Made by a program: the position numbers and the translations under genes | Shown here: positions 35,718-50,503 of the stretch, in pieces | Position numbering within the stretch: position 1 is the stretch's first letter | Layout: each line of letters begins with the position of its first letter | DNA from: Macrostomum lignano | Lineage: Eukaryota | Reading direction: 5' to 3' | NCBI GenBank assembly: GCA_002269645.1 | Contig: NIVC01002989.1 | Coordinates: 63,004 to 127,003 of the forward strand | DNA length: 64,000 nt | The notes under the pieces: generated by a model | The model's database searches: none | Told to the model about the DNA's origin: nothing | Seen by the model: the letters and a program-made list of their open reading frames with translations, nothing else

Positions 35718-37112
35718 CAGATCCCAAATCCCAGATCCCAAATCCCAGATCCCAAATCCCAGATCCCAAATCCCAGATCCCAAATCCCAGATCCCAAATC
35801 CCAGATCCCAAATCCCAGATCCCAAATCCCAGATCCCAAATCCCAGATCCCAAATCCCAGATCCCAAATCCCAGATCCCAAATCCCAGATCCCAAATCCC
35901 AGATCCCAAATCCCAGATCCCAAATCCCAGATCCCAAATCCCAGATCCCAAATCCCAGATCCCAAATCCCAGATCCCAAATCCCAGATCCCAAATCCCAG
36001 ATCCCAAATCCCAGATCCCAAATCCCAGATCCCAAATCCCAGATCCCAAATCCCAGATCCCAAATCCCAGATCCCAAATCCCAGATCCCAAATCCCAGAT
36101 CCCAAATCCCAGATCCCAAATCCCAGATCCCAAATCCCAGATCCCAAATCCCAGATCCCAAATCCCAGATCCCAAATCCCAGATCCCAAATCCCAGATCC
36201 CAAATCCCAGATCCCAAATCCCAGATCCCAAATCCTAGATCCCAAATCCCAAATCCCAAATCCCAGATCCTAAATCCCAGATCCCAAATCCCAGATCCCA
36301 AATCCCAGATCCCAAATCCCAGATCCCAAATCCCAGATCCCAAATCCCAGATCCCAAATCCCAGATCCCAAATCCCAGATCCCAAGTCCCAGATCCCAAA
36401 TCCCAGATCCCAAATCCCAGTTCCGAAATCCCAGATCCCAAATCCCAGATCCCAAATCCCAGATCCCAAATCCCAGATCCCAAATCCCAGATCCCAAATC
36501 CCAGATCCCAAATCCCAGATCCCAAATCCCAGATCCCAAATCCCAGATCCCAAATCCCAGATCCCAAATCCCAGATCCCAAATCCCAGATCCCAAATCCC
36601 AGATCCCAAATCCCAGATCCCAAATCCCAGATCCCAAATCCCAGATCCCAAATCCCAGATCCTAAATCCCAGATCCCAAATCCCAGATCTCAAATCCCAG
36701 ATCCCAAATCCCAGATCCCAAATCCCAGATCCCAAATCCCAGATCCCAAATCCCAGTTCCGAAATCCCAGATCCCAAATCCCAGATTCCAAATCCCAGAT
36801 TCCAAATCCCAGATTCCAAATCCCAGATCCCAAATCCCAGATCCCAAATCCCAGATCCCAAATCCCAGATCCCAAATCCCAGATCCCAAATCCCAGATCC
36901 CAAATCCCAGATCCCAAATCCCAAATCCCAGATCCCAAATCCCAGTTCCGAAATCCCAGAGCCCAAATCCCAGATTCCAAATCCCAGATTCCAAATCCCA
37001 GATCCCAAATCCCAGATCCCAAATCCCAGATCCCAAATCCCAGATCCCAAATCCAAGATCCCAAATCCCAGATCCCAAATCCCAAATCATAGATCCCAAA
37101 TCCCAAATCCAA
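35718..37112. repeat. 14-bp (2x7) satellite CCCAAAT-CCCAGAT
   Basis: Direct reading, about 1.4 kb. Confidence 0.95.
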
Positions 37113-37659
37113 GCTCCTAGCTGTCATAAATACGAATTGAGCTACCAGTGGGAATGCACTTCAATAAATGCATTTGAGCAGCCAAAATTCGCTCAAGGAT
37201 GGAGCGGGAGGCGGGCAGGATTCTAACAAGTTTTGAATCCTAAAATGGCTACAGCGTAGCACTCAAGGTGGAATGTTGCACTGCAAAGTACTTTGAACTA
37301 CGAGACAAGCGGTTCGCTACTGGCATTGATGAATAAAAGTGCTTGGAGAAAGTGAAGCGGCAGCTGCAGACTTCTCAGACAATGTGAAATTCTTTAGCTG
37401 ACTGACGGACTGAGGGCAGGCTGTCAATGAAGTTTTAAGTTGGCAAATTGCAATAGGGTTTAGCTTCTGGTTTAAACAGCACTTTGGGTTTGAAAGGCCA
37501 AAAATTTGTCCTAAAAAAGCTTAAAAATCCTCTCCGCACTTTTTCCGCCCCCAAAATCCGCCCGCCCTTAATATCCGTCCCCTCCCCCAAATTTCGCCCC
37601 AATCCTCCCCCCCGAAATCCGCCCCCTAAATCCGCGACACCAAAATCCGCCTGCAAAAT

Positions 37660-37955
37660 CCCCCAAACTCCACCCTTAATATCCGCCCCTCAAAATCCGC
37701 CCCTAAACTCCGCCCTTAATATCCGCCCCTCAAAATCCGCCCCTAAACTCCGCCCTTAATATCCGCCCCTCAAAATCCGCCTCCAAACTCCGCCCTTAAT
37801 ATCCGCCCCTCAAAATCCGCCCCCAAACTCCGCCCTTAATATCCGCCCCTCAAAATCCGCCCCCAAACTCCGCCCTTAATATCCGCCCCTCAAAATCCGC
37901 CCCCAAACTCCGCCCTTAATATCCGCCCCTCAAAATCCGCCCTTAAACTCCGCCC
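37660..37955. repeat. 40-bp minisatellite rich in CCGCCC
   Basis: Unit atccgcccctcaaaatccgcccccaaactccgcccttaat with degenerate flanks. Confidence 0.9.
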
Positions 37956-39018
37956 CTATTATCCGCTCCCAAATTTCGCCCACAAAATCCACCCCGAAAT
38001 CCACTCTCAACTCAACGTCCGGCCTGAAACTTGGGCTTTAAAATGTTCTGGGACTTTAAAATCGGCTGTATAAAATCCGTCTCATAATCCGCCCCCTAGT
38101 GGCAACACCCGAAAAACCCGCTATCAAAATCCGCTCTTCTTTTTCACTTTTCAGTTTGCGCACTACCCGAGAGAAAGAGGGCAAGCAAGGCTGCTGGGGT
38201 CACCCAGCCCTGTTGAATGCAGCCATTTGACACCAGCAGCATGCAACACATGCGGCCGCCCACACCAGCCCTCCAAATATGTGCAATTTATCTGGCACTT
38301 CGGCTGACCATGCGACAGCGAGCGACTCTCTGCATGCGCGACTGGCAAATCCCCCAAATCCCCAGTGGAGTAGGGAAAAAGCTGTGGAAATTCTCCCATT
38401 CCGGCTGCTAGGAGCAACCTCAGTCATTCTGGGGCCCGCGGGCGAGAGACAAATTCAGAAAAAGTTCAAGCATCCATCATTGAAGAAACTTACATGCGGA
38501 GCCCGGCGACTCTCGGCGAGAGCTGAGAATATTTCTTAAAAATGTCTAAGGGTGAAGCGCCGAGCTACGAGGCTTCCAGTTGGGCATTTATAACCGAGCT
38601 GGGGTTGCTGGGGCGTGGGTTCTGAAGCGCGGAGGAGGCGTGGGCGGCGGTAACCGGAATTGCGTCATGCGCATCTATTGAGACAGAGAGAGTGAGAGAT
38701 GAGGGGATATCCAACGAAAATCCACATCGCATGAAGGTGTGGGGGGGAAGTGGCGGCCGCCACCACTGCTGCTGCAGACTTGCATGGGCCAATAGCGAGC
38801 CTTGGGGTCTCCAGACAGGCGAGACAGATGAAGCAGTTCCGAGGTGCTCTCGGACAGCTGGCTGGGATTCGACAGTCGAGACAGATGAGGCCGGATCTGG
38901 ATCTGGAGATGGGAAAAGCTAAGAGTTCTACTGCCCAATCTGGGATCCCACAGGACTCCTATTGGCCGCTGGTGTGGCCTCAATCTTAATCCCCCCTTCG
39001 TATTCTCCCATTCTATGA

Positions 39019-39632
<614 letters not shown>

Positions 39633-40103
39633 TCACTCGCCCTTAAAAAGTTAATTTCTCAACGAAGCGTGAAATAAATTTATTGAATCAGCGGAGCAGC
39701 TCAAAAACTTCAAACCTGCTAGAGATGGCAGATGAAGAGCAAGAGAAGCCAGTACAGTAGCATGCGAACAATAACGTTTCTAATTGAGATGCATTCAGGC
39801 GTTAATTTGCCTCTAGAAGCAGCAAAAAAACTTGAGCAGAGAGCTTCTAATTAAACTTTCAGTCACAGGCGCCCCGGTTCTGATTTGATTCGGTCTGCAT
39901 GACTTGAATCAATAAGAAGCCGGTGAGCTCTGCAACACGAACTCACTGGCATGACTACCCGGTCTGGCCTCTGAATAAGTCTGCTGCTTCGGGTGACGCT
40001 GGAAAAGATTGAAATTTGCATGATAAACAAGCCAGGTATAGAATGAAATATTTTGTCTGTTGACCTGGCGGAGCAATGGCTGACAGAGTTCCTGGGATGG
40101 GGC

Positions 40104-40491
40104 TCACTCACTGACTCACTTACTCACTCACTCACTCACTCACTCACTCACTCACTCACTCACTCACTCACTCACTCATTCACTCACTCATTCACTCACT
40201 CACTCACTCACTCACTCACTCACTCACTCACTCACTCACCCACTCACTCATTCACTCACTCATTCACTCACTCACTCACTCACTCACTCACTCACTCACT
40301 CACTCACTCACTCACTCACTCACTCACTCACTCACTCACTCACTCACTCACTCACTCACTCACTCACTCACTCACTCACTCACTCACTCACTCACTCACT
40401 CACTCACTCACTCACTCACTCACTCACTCACTCACTCACTGACTAACTCACTCACTCCCTCACTCACTCACTCACTCACTCACTCACTCAC
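40104..40491. repeat. (CTCA)n microsatellite
   Basis: Direct reading of the sequence. Confidence 0.95.
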
Positions 40492-40954
40492 TAGTTTAAA
40501 TTATACTGAGCCACTCTGCAGCAGCACTAACACAATGCAGTTGCACAGTACAAACCAGCAAAAACGGATATTCAGTCAGCCAAATATTTCAAGCCTCACA
40601 AGCAGACACGATAGAATTCTCATTGTTCTCATTTTAGCACGAGAACAGGTGGCCCCCTGAAGCAGTCGGCTGCTTCCATTGTAATCAAAATTTCATGCCG
40701 CGCGAGAATTCGAAAGTGGGCTCTCAGAATTTATTCAATATTGCTGCCAATCCACGCGTTCCTATTGTGAGCGGAATGCGAGATGAAATCGAAATACAAT
40801 TTTCTGAACAATTTTGCGTCACTTCTCCAGTGTAGCTCGTAGGAACTGTTTGGATTTCTGCTCTCCATCTCGTATGATTTGCTGCTTGGAGGTGATTTTG
40901 ATTTTGTTCAGATTATTTATGCTGACTTGTGAGACCCAGAGAATAAATAAAACA

Positions 40955-41664
40955 GAGGGAGAGAGGAGAGGGAGAGAGGGGGGGAGAGGGAGAGAGGGAG
41001 GGAGGGAGAGAGAGAGTAGGAGAGAAGGAGAGAGAGAAAGAGAGAAAGAGAGAGAGAGAGAGGGAGAGAAAGAGAGAGAGTGAGAGAGAGGGAGAGAGAG
41101 AGAGAGATGGAGGGGAGAGTGAGTGAGAGAGAGGGAGAGAGAGGGGGGAGGGAGAGAGGGAGAGAGGGAGAGAGGGAGAGAGGGAGAGAGAGAGAAAGAG
41201 AGAGAGAGATGGAGGGGAGAGTGAGTGAGAGAGAGAGAGAGAGGGGGGGCAGAGGGAGAGAGAGAGTAGGAGAGAAGGAGAGAGAGAGAAGGAGAGTGAG
41301 AGAGGAGAGGGGGAGAGAGAGGGAGAGAAGGAGAGAGGGAGAGGGGGAGAGGGAGAGTAGGAGAGAAGGAGAGAGAGAGAGGGGGGGGAGAGGGAGAGAG
41401 GAGAGGGGGAGAGAGAGGGAGAGAAGGAGAGAGAAGAGAGGGAGAGAGGGAGAGGGAGAGTATGAGAGAAGGAGAGAGAGAGAGGGGGGAGAGGGAGAGA
41501 GGAGAGGGGGAAGAGGAGTGGGGGAGAGGAAAGGGGGAAAGAGAGAGAGGGAGAGGAGAGGGGAGAGGAAAGGGGGAGAGAAAGAGGGAGAGGTAGAGAG
41601 GAGAGGGGCAGAGAGAAAGAGAGAGGGGGGAGAGAGAGACACAGGGAGAGAGAAAGTAGGAGAG

Positions 41665-41746
<82 letters not shown>

Positions 41747-41985
41747 AGAGAGGGAGAAGGAGAGAGGGAGTAGGAGAGAGAGAGATAAAGAGAGAGAGGG
41801 GGAGAGAGAGAGGGAGAGGGAGAGAGGGAGATGGAGAGAGGGAGAGGGAGAGAGGTAGAAAGAGATAGTGGGAGCGGGATAGTGGGAGAGGGAGTGGAAG
41901 AGAGAAGAGAGAGAGAGGGAGATCGGAGTGGAGGGGGTAGAGGGGGAGAGAAGAGGAAAGAGGAGAGGGAGAGAGATGTTGGAGA
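40955..41985. repeat. ~1-kb GA-rich polypurine tract
   Basis: Nearly pure purine strand including perfect (GA)n. Confidence 0.95.
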
Positions 41986-43134
41986 GGTGAAGAAGGATCA
42001 GGACAAAACTGTTTCAAACCCATCTAAATAATATTGACACAAACGCCAGGAGTGAGGGTGTCATGCTGATTTATGGCCGGGGGAAAATTGCTTTCCAAAA
42101 CACGGGAATTCGAATGCATTTTCTGGAGCGGGGGCGGACCGAGCCATCCGATGGAAAATTGAGATCTCCCAGAGAGGGTTACTGGCTCCATCTTTCCTCA
42201 GCTCCAGCTTCTCTTCTATCGATTCCCTGGGCGGGGCAGAGCGGGGCTAAATTGATATTTATTATATAAATCATAACAAACTTGATCCTAGTGGCTATTC
42301 ATCCCTAATAGTGCTGCAATGGATCATTTCATAGAATCTCTTATGGCTCGCTTTTCTCCCTATTAAAGTTCTGCTTTTGGCCTGAGGAATATAAATATAT
42401 ATGGGCCTGGCGTTCACGGATTGTTGAGAGAAATGTAATTTGAAGGCCGAAATATTTAAACTTCATGTTTAAGTCTGTGAGTCACAGCCTGCGCTTCTGG
42501 GATAATTCTGCTCATACAATATCTCTCTCTCATCTCTGTGCCTTGGAGGTTGGTCCCCATGGCTGCTAATCAGCATCAAGGCCACAGTCACAGTTTTCAT
42601 TATTCTTGCACACAAACTTGTACATGATTTGTCCATCTCTCAATTCTTTGCTGAGCAGCTTGAGTCGGCACAGCCTCCCCTATGATCCATGAGCTTGACT
42701 CTGGGGCGATGCAAACTGCCTGCAGATTGAGAGTCTTGACCGGCAATGCATGCATAACCATGAGAGCCGGGAGAGACAGAACGGGAACTGCAGGACTTAA
42801 TGGGATTGAGTTGCAGCAGCAACGGAATGAGATTAGCATTCGTTAGGGGATCGCAGATGGGGTGGCGGGCGGCCGCTGTGGTGCGATGGCGGGGGCGGCT
42901 GATCGAGCCTTGCCAGATCGATCTTGTCGGGGACAAATGTCCAGTCACTCACTGGTTCTCAGCTGCTTTTCCCTTACGAGCTGATTCTCTGAGAGATCCG
43001 AGTCAAGTTAAAGACCGCGACTTCAGGGGACGCGGCTGGGTCTTGTAGCTTTTAGTTATCCCCTGGAGAATCTAAAGTGAAACTATCAATAAATTCAATA
43101 AATTAAAGCGTTAATCAACTTCATTAAAGCTCAT

Positions 43135-43700
43135 ATGGGTGAGGCAGACAACAGACACAATCGGTGAGGCAGACCACAGACACAATCGGTGAGGCAGACC
43201 ACAGACACAATCGGTGAGGCAGACCACAGACACAATCGGTGCGGCAAACCACAGACACAATCGGTGAGGCAGACCACAGACACAATCGGTGAGGCAGACC
43301 ACAGACACAATGGCTGAGGCAGACCACAGACACAATCGGTGAGGCAAACCACAGACACAATCGGTGAGGCAGACCACAGACACAATCGGTGAGGCAAACC
43401 ACAGACACAATCGGTGAGGCAGACCACAGACACAATCGGTGAGGCAGACCACAGACACAATCGGTGAGGCAGACCACAGACACAATCGTTGAGGCAGACC
43501 ACAGACACAATCGGTGAGGCAGACCACAGACACAATCGGTGCGGCAGACCACAGACACAATCGGTGAGGCAAACCACAGACACAATCGGTGAGGCAAACC
43601 ACAGACACAATCGGTGAGGCAAACCACAGACACAATCGGTGAGGCAGACAACAGACACAATCGGTGAGGCAGACCACAGACACAATCGGTGAGGCAGACC
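43135..43700. repeat. 25-bp minisatellite (second block at ~44580..44762)
   Basis: Unit acagacacaatcggtgaggcagacc. Confidence 0.9.
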
Positions 43701-44254
43701 CAGGGAAAACTAAAACACTCGAGACGCGAAACGAGCCAAATCATGGTAAAAAAGGTAGGGGCTCGTTTAAGTCTATGGGCGCCAAGTTTTTCATGCATTA
43801 AATGCATTACGATCAGCCGCTGAAAAGACCACATTATTAATTTTGCTTTAAAAGGTTCCGTAGGTTGTCGAAAAGTTTTTTTATTCATTTTTAAATATGT
43901 TTTCTGTTTTATTTAAGTCGTAAAAAACGGGCGTACAGAGCGCAATGACGTACATTTAAGAGCGTGAGATATTTCACGAAGAAAATGTTTAAACTTAGCA
44001 TGGTGTATATAGCTTATTTGAGGAGGAACTCATATAAGGACCTGTATAGGAAAAACTGGGGCACATATATTTAAGCATGTGAGATAAGCACAAGAGGAAA
44101 AAGTTTAAAAACCTGTTTTGGTGTATAAGGGAACTAAGGCAACAAGGAGGAACCCAAATGCCATAAATTTTTCAATTTTTTAAATTTTTTTTCAAAAACG
44201 AAAACTTTAAGGAATTTAGGTTTCTCCTGAAATTCGCTCATTAGCCTTTTGTAG

Positions 44255-47200
44255 CAATCTGCCTCAAGCTATGCGACCTTGCGTCTGTATGAAGCACGCA
44301 AAGGGAAAGCCAGAGAAGACAGAAGGCAGATCCTTCGGTCTTTCATGTCTTCAACATGGGGGTGTCGCTTTCTTACCTCCAAAATATCTGGTAGGGTTGT
44401 CTCCAACGCTCTCGTTCTTGTGCATCTCGAGGAAAAGAAAATATCTTTGTTCGGCTCTCTTCTGAGTTATAGTTTGATCTTCAGTTAAAGACGCTGCACT
44501 TTCTCGGCATTTTTCACATTCGCACAAGAGTTGAGGGCCCTCGCACCTCTTTAGACTTGAGAATTGCAGTTGGAATGGCCATAGACACAATCGGTGAGAC
44601 AAACCACAGACACAAAAGGTGAGGCAGACCACAGACACAATCGGTGAGGCAGACCACAGACACAATCGGTGAGGCAGACCACAGACACAATAGGTGAGGC
44701 AGACCACAGACACAATCGGTGAGGCAGACCACAGACACAATGGCTGAGGCAGACCACAGACAAGGGAGGCTTACCACAAACTCAAGAGAGAAAGACAGAG
44801 ACAATGGAGGGGGACCTCAGACACAAGGGGAACAGATCATAGACACAAGGGAACAGATCATAGACACAAGGGGAACAGATCATAACAGATCATAGACACA
44901 AGGGGAACAGATCATAGACACAGATCATAGACACAAGGGGAACAGATCATAACAGATCATAGACACAAGGGGAACAGATCATAGACACAGATCATAGACA
45001 CAAGGGGAACAGATCATAACAGATCATAGACACAAGGGGAACAGATCATAGACACTTATCATAGACACAAGGGGAACAGATCATAACAGATCATAGACAC
45101 AAGGGGAACAGATCATAGACACTTATCATAGACACAAGGGGAACAGATCATAACAGATCATAGACACAAGGGGAACAGATCATAGACACAAGGGGAACAG
45201 ATCATAACAGATCATAGACACAAGGGGAACAGATCATAGACACAACGGAGATCAATTACAGACACAAGACGGATGGACAGATCACAGACACAAGGCAGAC
45301 AGATCAAAGACACAACGGAGATCAATTACAGACACAAGACGGATGGACAGATCACAGACACAAGGCAGACAGATCAAAGACACAACGGAGATCAATTACA
45401 GACACAAGACGGATGGACAGATCACAGACACAAGGCAGACAGATCAAAGACACAACGGAGATCAATTACAGACACAAGACGGATGGACAGATCACAGACA
45501 CAAGGCAGACAGATCAAAGACACAACGGAGATCAATTACAGACACAAGACGGATGGACAGATCACAGACACAAGGCAGACAGATCAAAGACACAACGGAG
45601 ATCAATTACAGACACAAGACGGATGGACAGATCACAGACACAAGGCAGACAGATCAAAGACACAACGAAGATCAATTACAGACACAAGACGGATGGACAG
45701 ATCACAGACACAAGGCAGACAGTTCAAAGACACAACGGATTTCAATTACAGACACAAGACGGATGGACAGATCACAGACACAAGGCAGACAGATCAAAGA
45801 CACAACGGAGATCAATTACAGACACAAGACGGATGGACAGATCACAGACACAAGGCAGACAGATCAAAGACACAACGGAGATCAATTACAGACACAAGAC
45901 GGATGGACAGATCACAGACACAAGGCAGACAGATCAAAGACACAACGGAGATCAATTACAGACACAAGACGGATGGACAGATCACAGACACAAGGCAGAC
46001 AGATCAAAGACACAACGGAGATCAATTACAGACACAAGACGGATGGACAGATCACAGACACAAGGCAGACAGATCAAAGACACAACGGAGATCAATTACA
46101 GACACAAGACGGATGGACAGATCACAGACACAAGGCAGACAGATCAAAGACACAACGGAGATCAATTACAGACACAAGACGGATGGACAGATCACAGACA
46201 CAAGGCAGACAGATCAAAGACACAACGGAGATCAATTACAGACACAAGACGGATGGACAGATCACAGACACAAGGCAGACAGATCAAAGACACAACGGAG
46301 ATCAATTACAGACACAAGACGGATGGACAGATCACAGACACAAGGCAGACAGATCAAAGACACAACGGAGATCAATTACAGACACAAGACGGATGGACAG
46401 ATCACAGACACAAGGCAGACAGATCAAAGACACAACGGAAATCAATTACAGACACAAGACGGATGGACAGATCACAGACACAAGGCAGACAGATCAAAGA
46501 CACAACGGAGATCAATTACAGACACAAGACGGATGGACAGATCACAGACACAAGGCAGACAGATCAAAGACACAACGGAGATCAATTACAGACACAAGAC
46601 GGATGGACAGATCACAGACACAAGGCAGACAGATCAAAGACACAACGGAGATCAATTACAGACACAAGACGGATGGACAGATCACAGACACAAGGCAGAC
46701 AGATCAAAGACACAACGGAGATCAATTACAGACACAAGACGGATGGACAGATCACAGACACAAGGCAGACAGATCAAAGACTAAGGCAGACAGATTACAG
46801 ACACAAGACGCGCAGATTACTGACACAAGGAAGGCAGACCTCAGACACAATAGGGAGACAAACTACAGATTGATAAAGTAAGCCAAAGCCAAAAAACCAG
46901 TAACGCCAGACGCACTCTGACATTGAAACAAGCGTTCAGCTCTACTGACAGTAGCATAAGTTGAAACATATTTCAAGCGTTGGCTAAATGACCGTCTATG
47001 GTCGGGTGGGGTCGGGGGCAGCGGATGATACGAGCTAATGAAAGAAAGAGTGTCATAATATAAGCGAGCAACGACGCTTGTAAATTACCAAAAAATCCTC
47101 AGACAAACAATTGTTTTAATAACAATAGATACAGCAAGCAATAAACTTGGCATGGACGAGGAGAAACGGAAGGAGCTGGAGAACAAAGCCATCGATCTGA

Positions 47201-50200
47201 TGCGTAATGTGGCCCAGCGGAAGAACCTGTTCCAGCTCAGAGAGGGCGACGGGAGGCTTGGCTCCATCGATCGTTTGATGCCGGATTTTTACGCCATATT
47301 CAGCAGCAATTCCAGGCTGGCCTACATGCAGCAATGGAGCACCTTCGAGACCATCATGATTGTTGGTGAGGCCGGCTGACTGCTTGCGTAATCACAGGCG
47401 TGTTTGGGCACTGGCACAGACAAAATAGTCTGCGTTTTAAACAAATCAATCTGCCATTTTTCAATATCAATCTCTCCTTTTCAATATCAATATGCCATTT
47501 TTTCGGGGGGCCGTAGCCCAGCGGTAGCGCAGCTGCTCTGGTGTGCCGCGACCCAGGCTCGATTCCAAGTGCAGCCACATTAATTTGGGGCTGAATTGGA
47601 ATTTCGGCTTGGCTCGCTTGTGCAATTAACGGCCTTGAGAGCCAACCCCCCAAGGCGCAGTGAAGTGTACATGCCTAACAACTAATAAAGTTAGGGCCGC
47701 TGTACACTCCTGTGTGAGTGTGTGCCTGCGTAACGTATCCGCGCGCTTGTGTGCCTGCTCAGGGGATTCGGCGGAATGGGCAGTAATGCCTCTCGCCGGT
47801 TGTGCGCCAATGACGCTTAAATTGCGCCAGGGTGCACACAACCCCCTGCCTCTAAAAAAAATGCCATTTTTTCTATATAAATCTGCCATCTTCAATACCA
47901 ATCTGCCATTTTTAATATTAATCTGCCATTTTTCAATACCAATCTGCCCTTTTTAACAGCAATCTGCCAGTTTTCAATACCGATCTGCCATTTTTAAGAA
48001 ATCAATTTGCCATTTTCAACATCAATATGCTATTTTTCAAAAATCAATCTACCATTGTAACAAAACTTTCCATTATTCAATTTCCTTATTTTTAAATCCG
48101 CCATTCTCAAAGCCAGCCAAGCCAAAGCACTTCCACCCGCCCGCAGTGCCCATGGCGGTGCTCCTGCTGGCAGCCCTCATCAGCATCAGCAGCAAGCTCG
48201 CCCAGATTGCCCTCGACCTGCTCGTGTCGCTCTCCGTCAGCTGCTCGCACATCTGGCAGCACGGCGTTCACCTGTCGCAGCAGACGGCATCCGCCGACAA
48301 CGACAACAGAGGCGGCAATGGGCGGGAGCTGCCGCGGCCGCTGCGCATGATTCGTTGGCTGGACGACAAAGGCGTCGCCAGCGCCTGGGACGTCATGCGG
48401 CTGCCGCGGCCGGACAACCGGGCTGAGCGGCTGCGCCAGCTGGCCAGCAGTTTGAAGCGGATGCGCGAGGAGCGAAATGCGCTGCGTACGTTGCTAGGGG
48501 GAATTTGGAAGCAGAAACTGGAGGGGGTGCGGAAGAAGAAACTGGAGGGGGTGCGGAAGAAGAAACTGGAGAAACGTGGAAGCCGAAAACTGAGGTCACC
48601 CTGATCAAACTGAGATCATCCTGATCAAACTGAGGTCACCCTGATCAAACTGAGGTCACCCTGATCAAACTGAGATCACCCTGATCAAACTGAGATCACC
48701 CTGATCAAACTGAGGTCACCCTGATCAAACTGAGAACCCTCTGATCAAACTGAGATCACCCTGATCAAACTGAGATCACCCTGCTCAAACTGAGATCACC
48801 CCTGATCAGGCTGAGAACACCCTCATCAAACTGAGGTCACCCTGATCAAACTGAGAACCCTCTGATCAAACTGGGATCACCCTGATCAAACTGAGAACCC
48901 TCTGATCAAACTGAGAACACCCTCATCAAACTGAGGTCACCCTGATCAAACTGAGATCACCCTGATCAAACTGAGAACCCTCTGATCAAACTGAGATCAC
49001 CCTGATCAAACTGAGAACCCTCTGATCAAACTGAGAACACCCTCATCAAACTGAGATCACCCTGATCAAACTGAGAACCCTCTGATCAAACTAAGATCAC
49101 CCTGATCAAACTGAGATCACCCTGATCAAACTAAGATCACCCTGATCAAACTGAGATCACCCTGATCAAACTAAGATCACCCTGATCAAACTGAGATCAC
49201 CCTGATCAAACTGAGATCACCCTGATAAAACTGAGATCACCCTGATCAAACTGAGATCACCCTGATCAAACTAAGATCACCCTGATCAAACTGAGATCAC
49301 CCTGATCAAACTGAGATCACCCTGATAAAACTGAGATCACCCTGATCAAACTGAGAACGCTCTGATCAAACTGAGAACACCCTCATCAAACTGAGATCAC
49401 CCTGATCAAACTGAGAACCCTCTGATCAAACTAAGATCACCCTGATCAAACTGAGATCACCCTGATCAAACTGAGATCACCCTGATAAAACTGAGATCAC
49501 CCTGATCAAACTGAGATCACCCTGATCAAACTAAGATCACCCTGATCAAACTGAGATCACCCTGATCAAACTGAGATCACCCTGATAAAACTGAGATCAC
49601 CCTGATCAAACTGAGAACCCTCTGATCAAACTGAGAACACCCTCATCAAACTGAGGTCACCCTGATCAAACTGAGATCACCCTGATCAAACTGAGAACCC
49701 TCTGATCAAACTGAGATCACCCTGATCAAACTGAGAACCCTCTGATCAAACTGAGAACACCCTCATCAAACTGAGATCACCCTGATCAAACTGAGAACCC
49801 TCTGATCAAACTAAGATCACCCTGATCAAACTGAGATCACCCTGATCAAACTAAGATCACCCTGATCAAACTGAGATCACCCTGATCAAACTAAGATCAC
49901 CCTGATCAAACTGAGATCACCCTGATCAAACTGAGATCACCCTGATAAAACTGAGATCACCCTGATCAAACTGAGATCACCCTGATCAAACTAAGATCAC
50001 CCTGATCAAACTGAGATCACCCTGATCAAACTGAGATCACCCTGATAAAACTGAGATCACCCTGATCAAACTGAGAACGCTCTGATCAAACTGAGAACAC
50101 CCTCATCAAACTGAGATCACCCTGATCAAACTGAGAACCCTCTGATCAAACTAAGATCACCCTGATCAAACTGAGATCACCCTGATCAAACTGAGATCAC

Positions 50201-50503
50201 CCTGATAAAACTGAGATCACCCTGATCAAACTGAGATCACCCTGATCAAACTAAGATCACCCTGATCAAACTGAGATCACCCTGATCAAACTGAGATCAC
50301 CCTGATAAAACTGAGATCACCCTGATCAAACTGAGATCACCTTGATAAAACTGAGATCACCCTGTCAAACTGAGATCACCCTGATCAAACTGAGATCACC
50401 CTGATCAAACTGAGATCAAAGCAATCATACACTGTAAAAACTTCAAATGCTTGCAGAGAAACGCCGCAGCATACTGAAGGAAGGCCCACTGGATCATCGG
50501 TAG
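44255..50503 (+). CDS. Unknown single-pass membrane protein, 5'-partial model: join(44255..44390, 47135..47365, 48147..48485, 50457..50503)
   Basis: GT-AG boundaries with matching phase 1 junctions. Reads ...MDEEKRKELENKAIDLMRNVAQRKNLF...QQWSTFETIMIV-VPMAVLLLAALISISSKLAQIALDLLV...LKRMREERNAL-QKRRSILKEGPLDHR*. The two central exons are GC3-rich and convincing, the outer ones less so. No family recognised. Confidence 0.5.
44815..45240. repeat. Irregular compound satellite
   Basis: Mixed cacaaggggaacagatcata and acagatcataga subunits. Confidence 0.85.
45241..46780. repeat. 70-bp minisatellite, 22 near-perfect copies
   Basis: Unit cacaacggagatcaattacagacacaagacggatggacagatcacagacacaaggcagacagatcaaaga. 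ORF starts are spaced 70 bp apart. Confidence 0.97.
47505..47860 (+). mobile_element. Full-length tRNA-derived SINE with a 13-bp target-site duplication
   Basis: 5' gggggccgtagcccagcggtag (A box) and ggctcgattcc (B box), ending in an A7 tail. Flanked by atgccattttttc at 47492..47504 and 47861..47873. Confidence 0.85.
48588..50418. repeat. 20-bp minisatellite, about 90 copies
   Basis: Unit ctgatcaaactgagatcacc with variants. Confidence 0.95.

Noticed and set aside
45273-46881. Three ~500-aa ORFs
   Set aside because: Artefacts of a stop-free 70-bp tandem repeat read in all three frames.
47505-47580. tRNA gene
   Set aside because: A and B boxes are present, but a full cloverleaf is not evident, and it continues into a body with a tail and TSD, so it is called a SINE.
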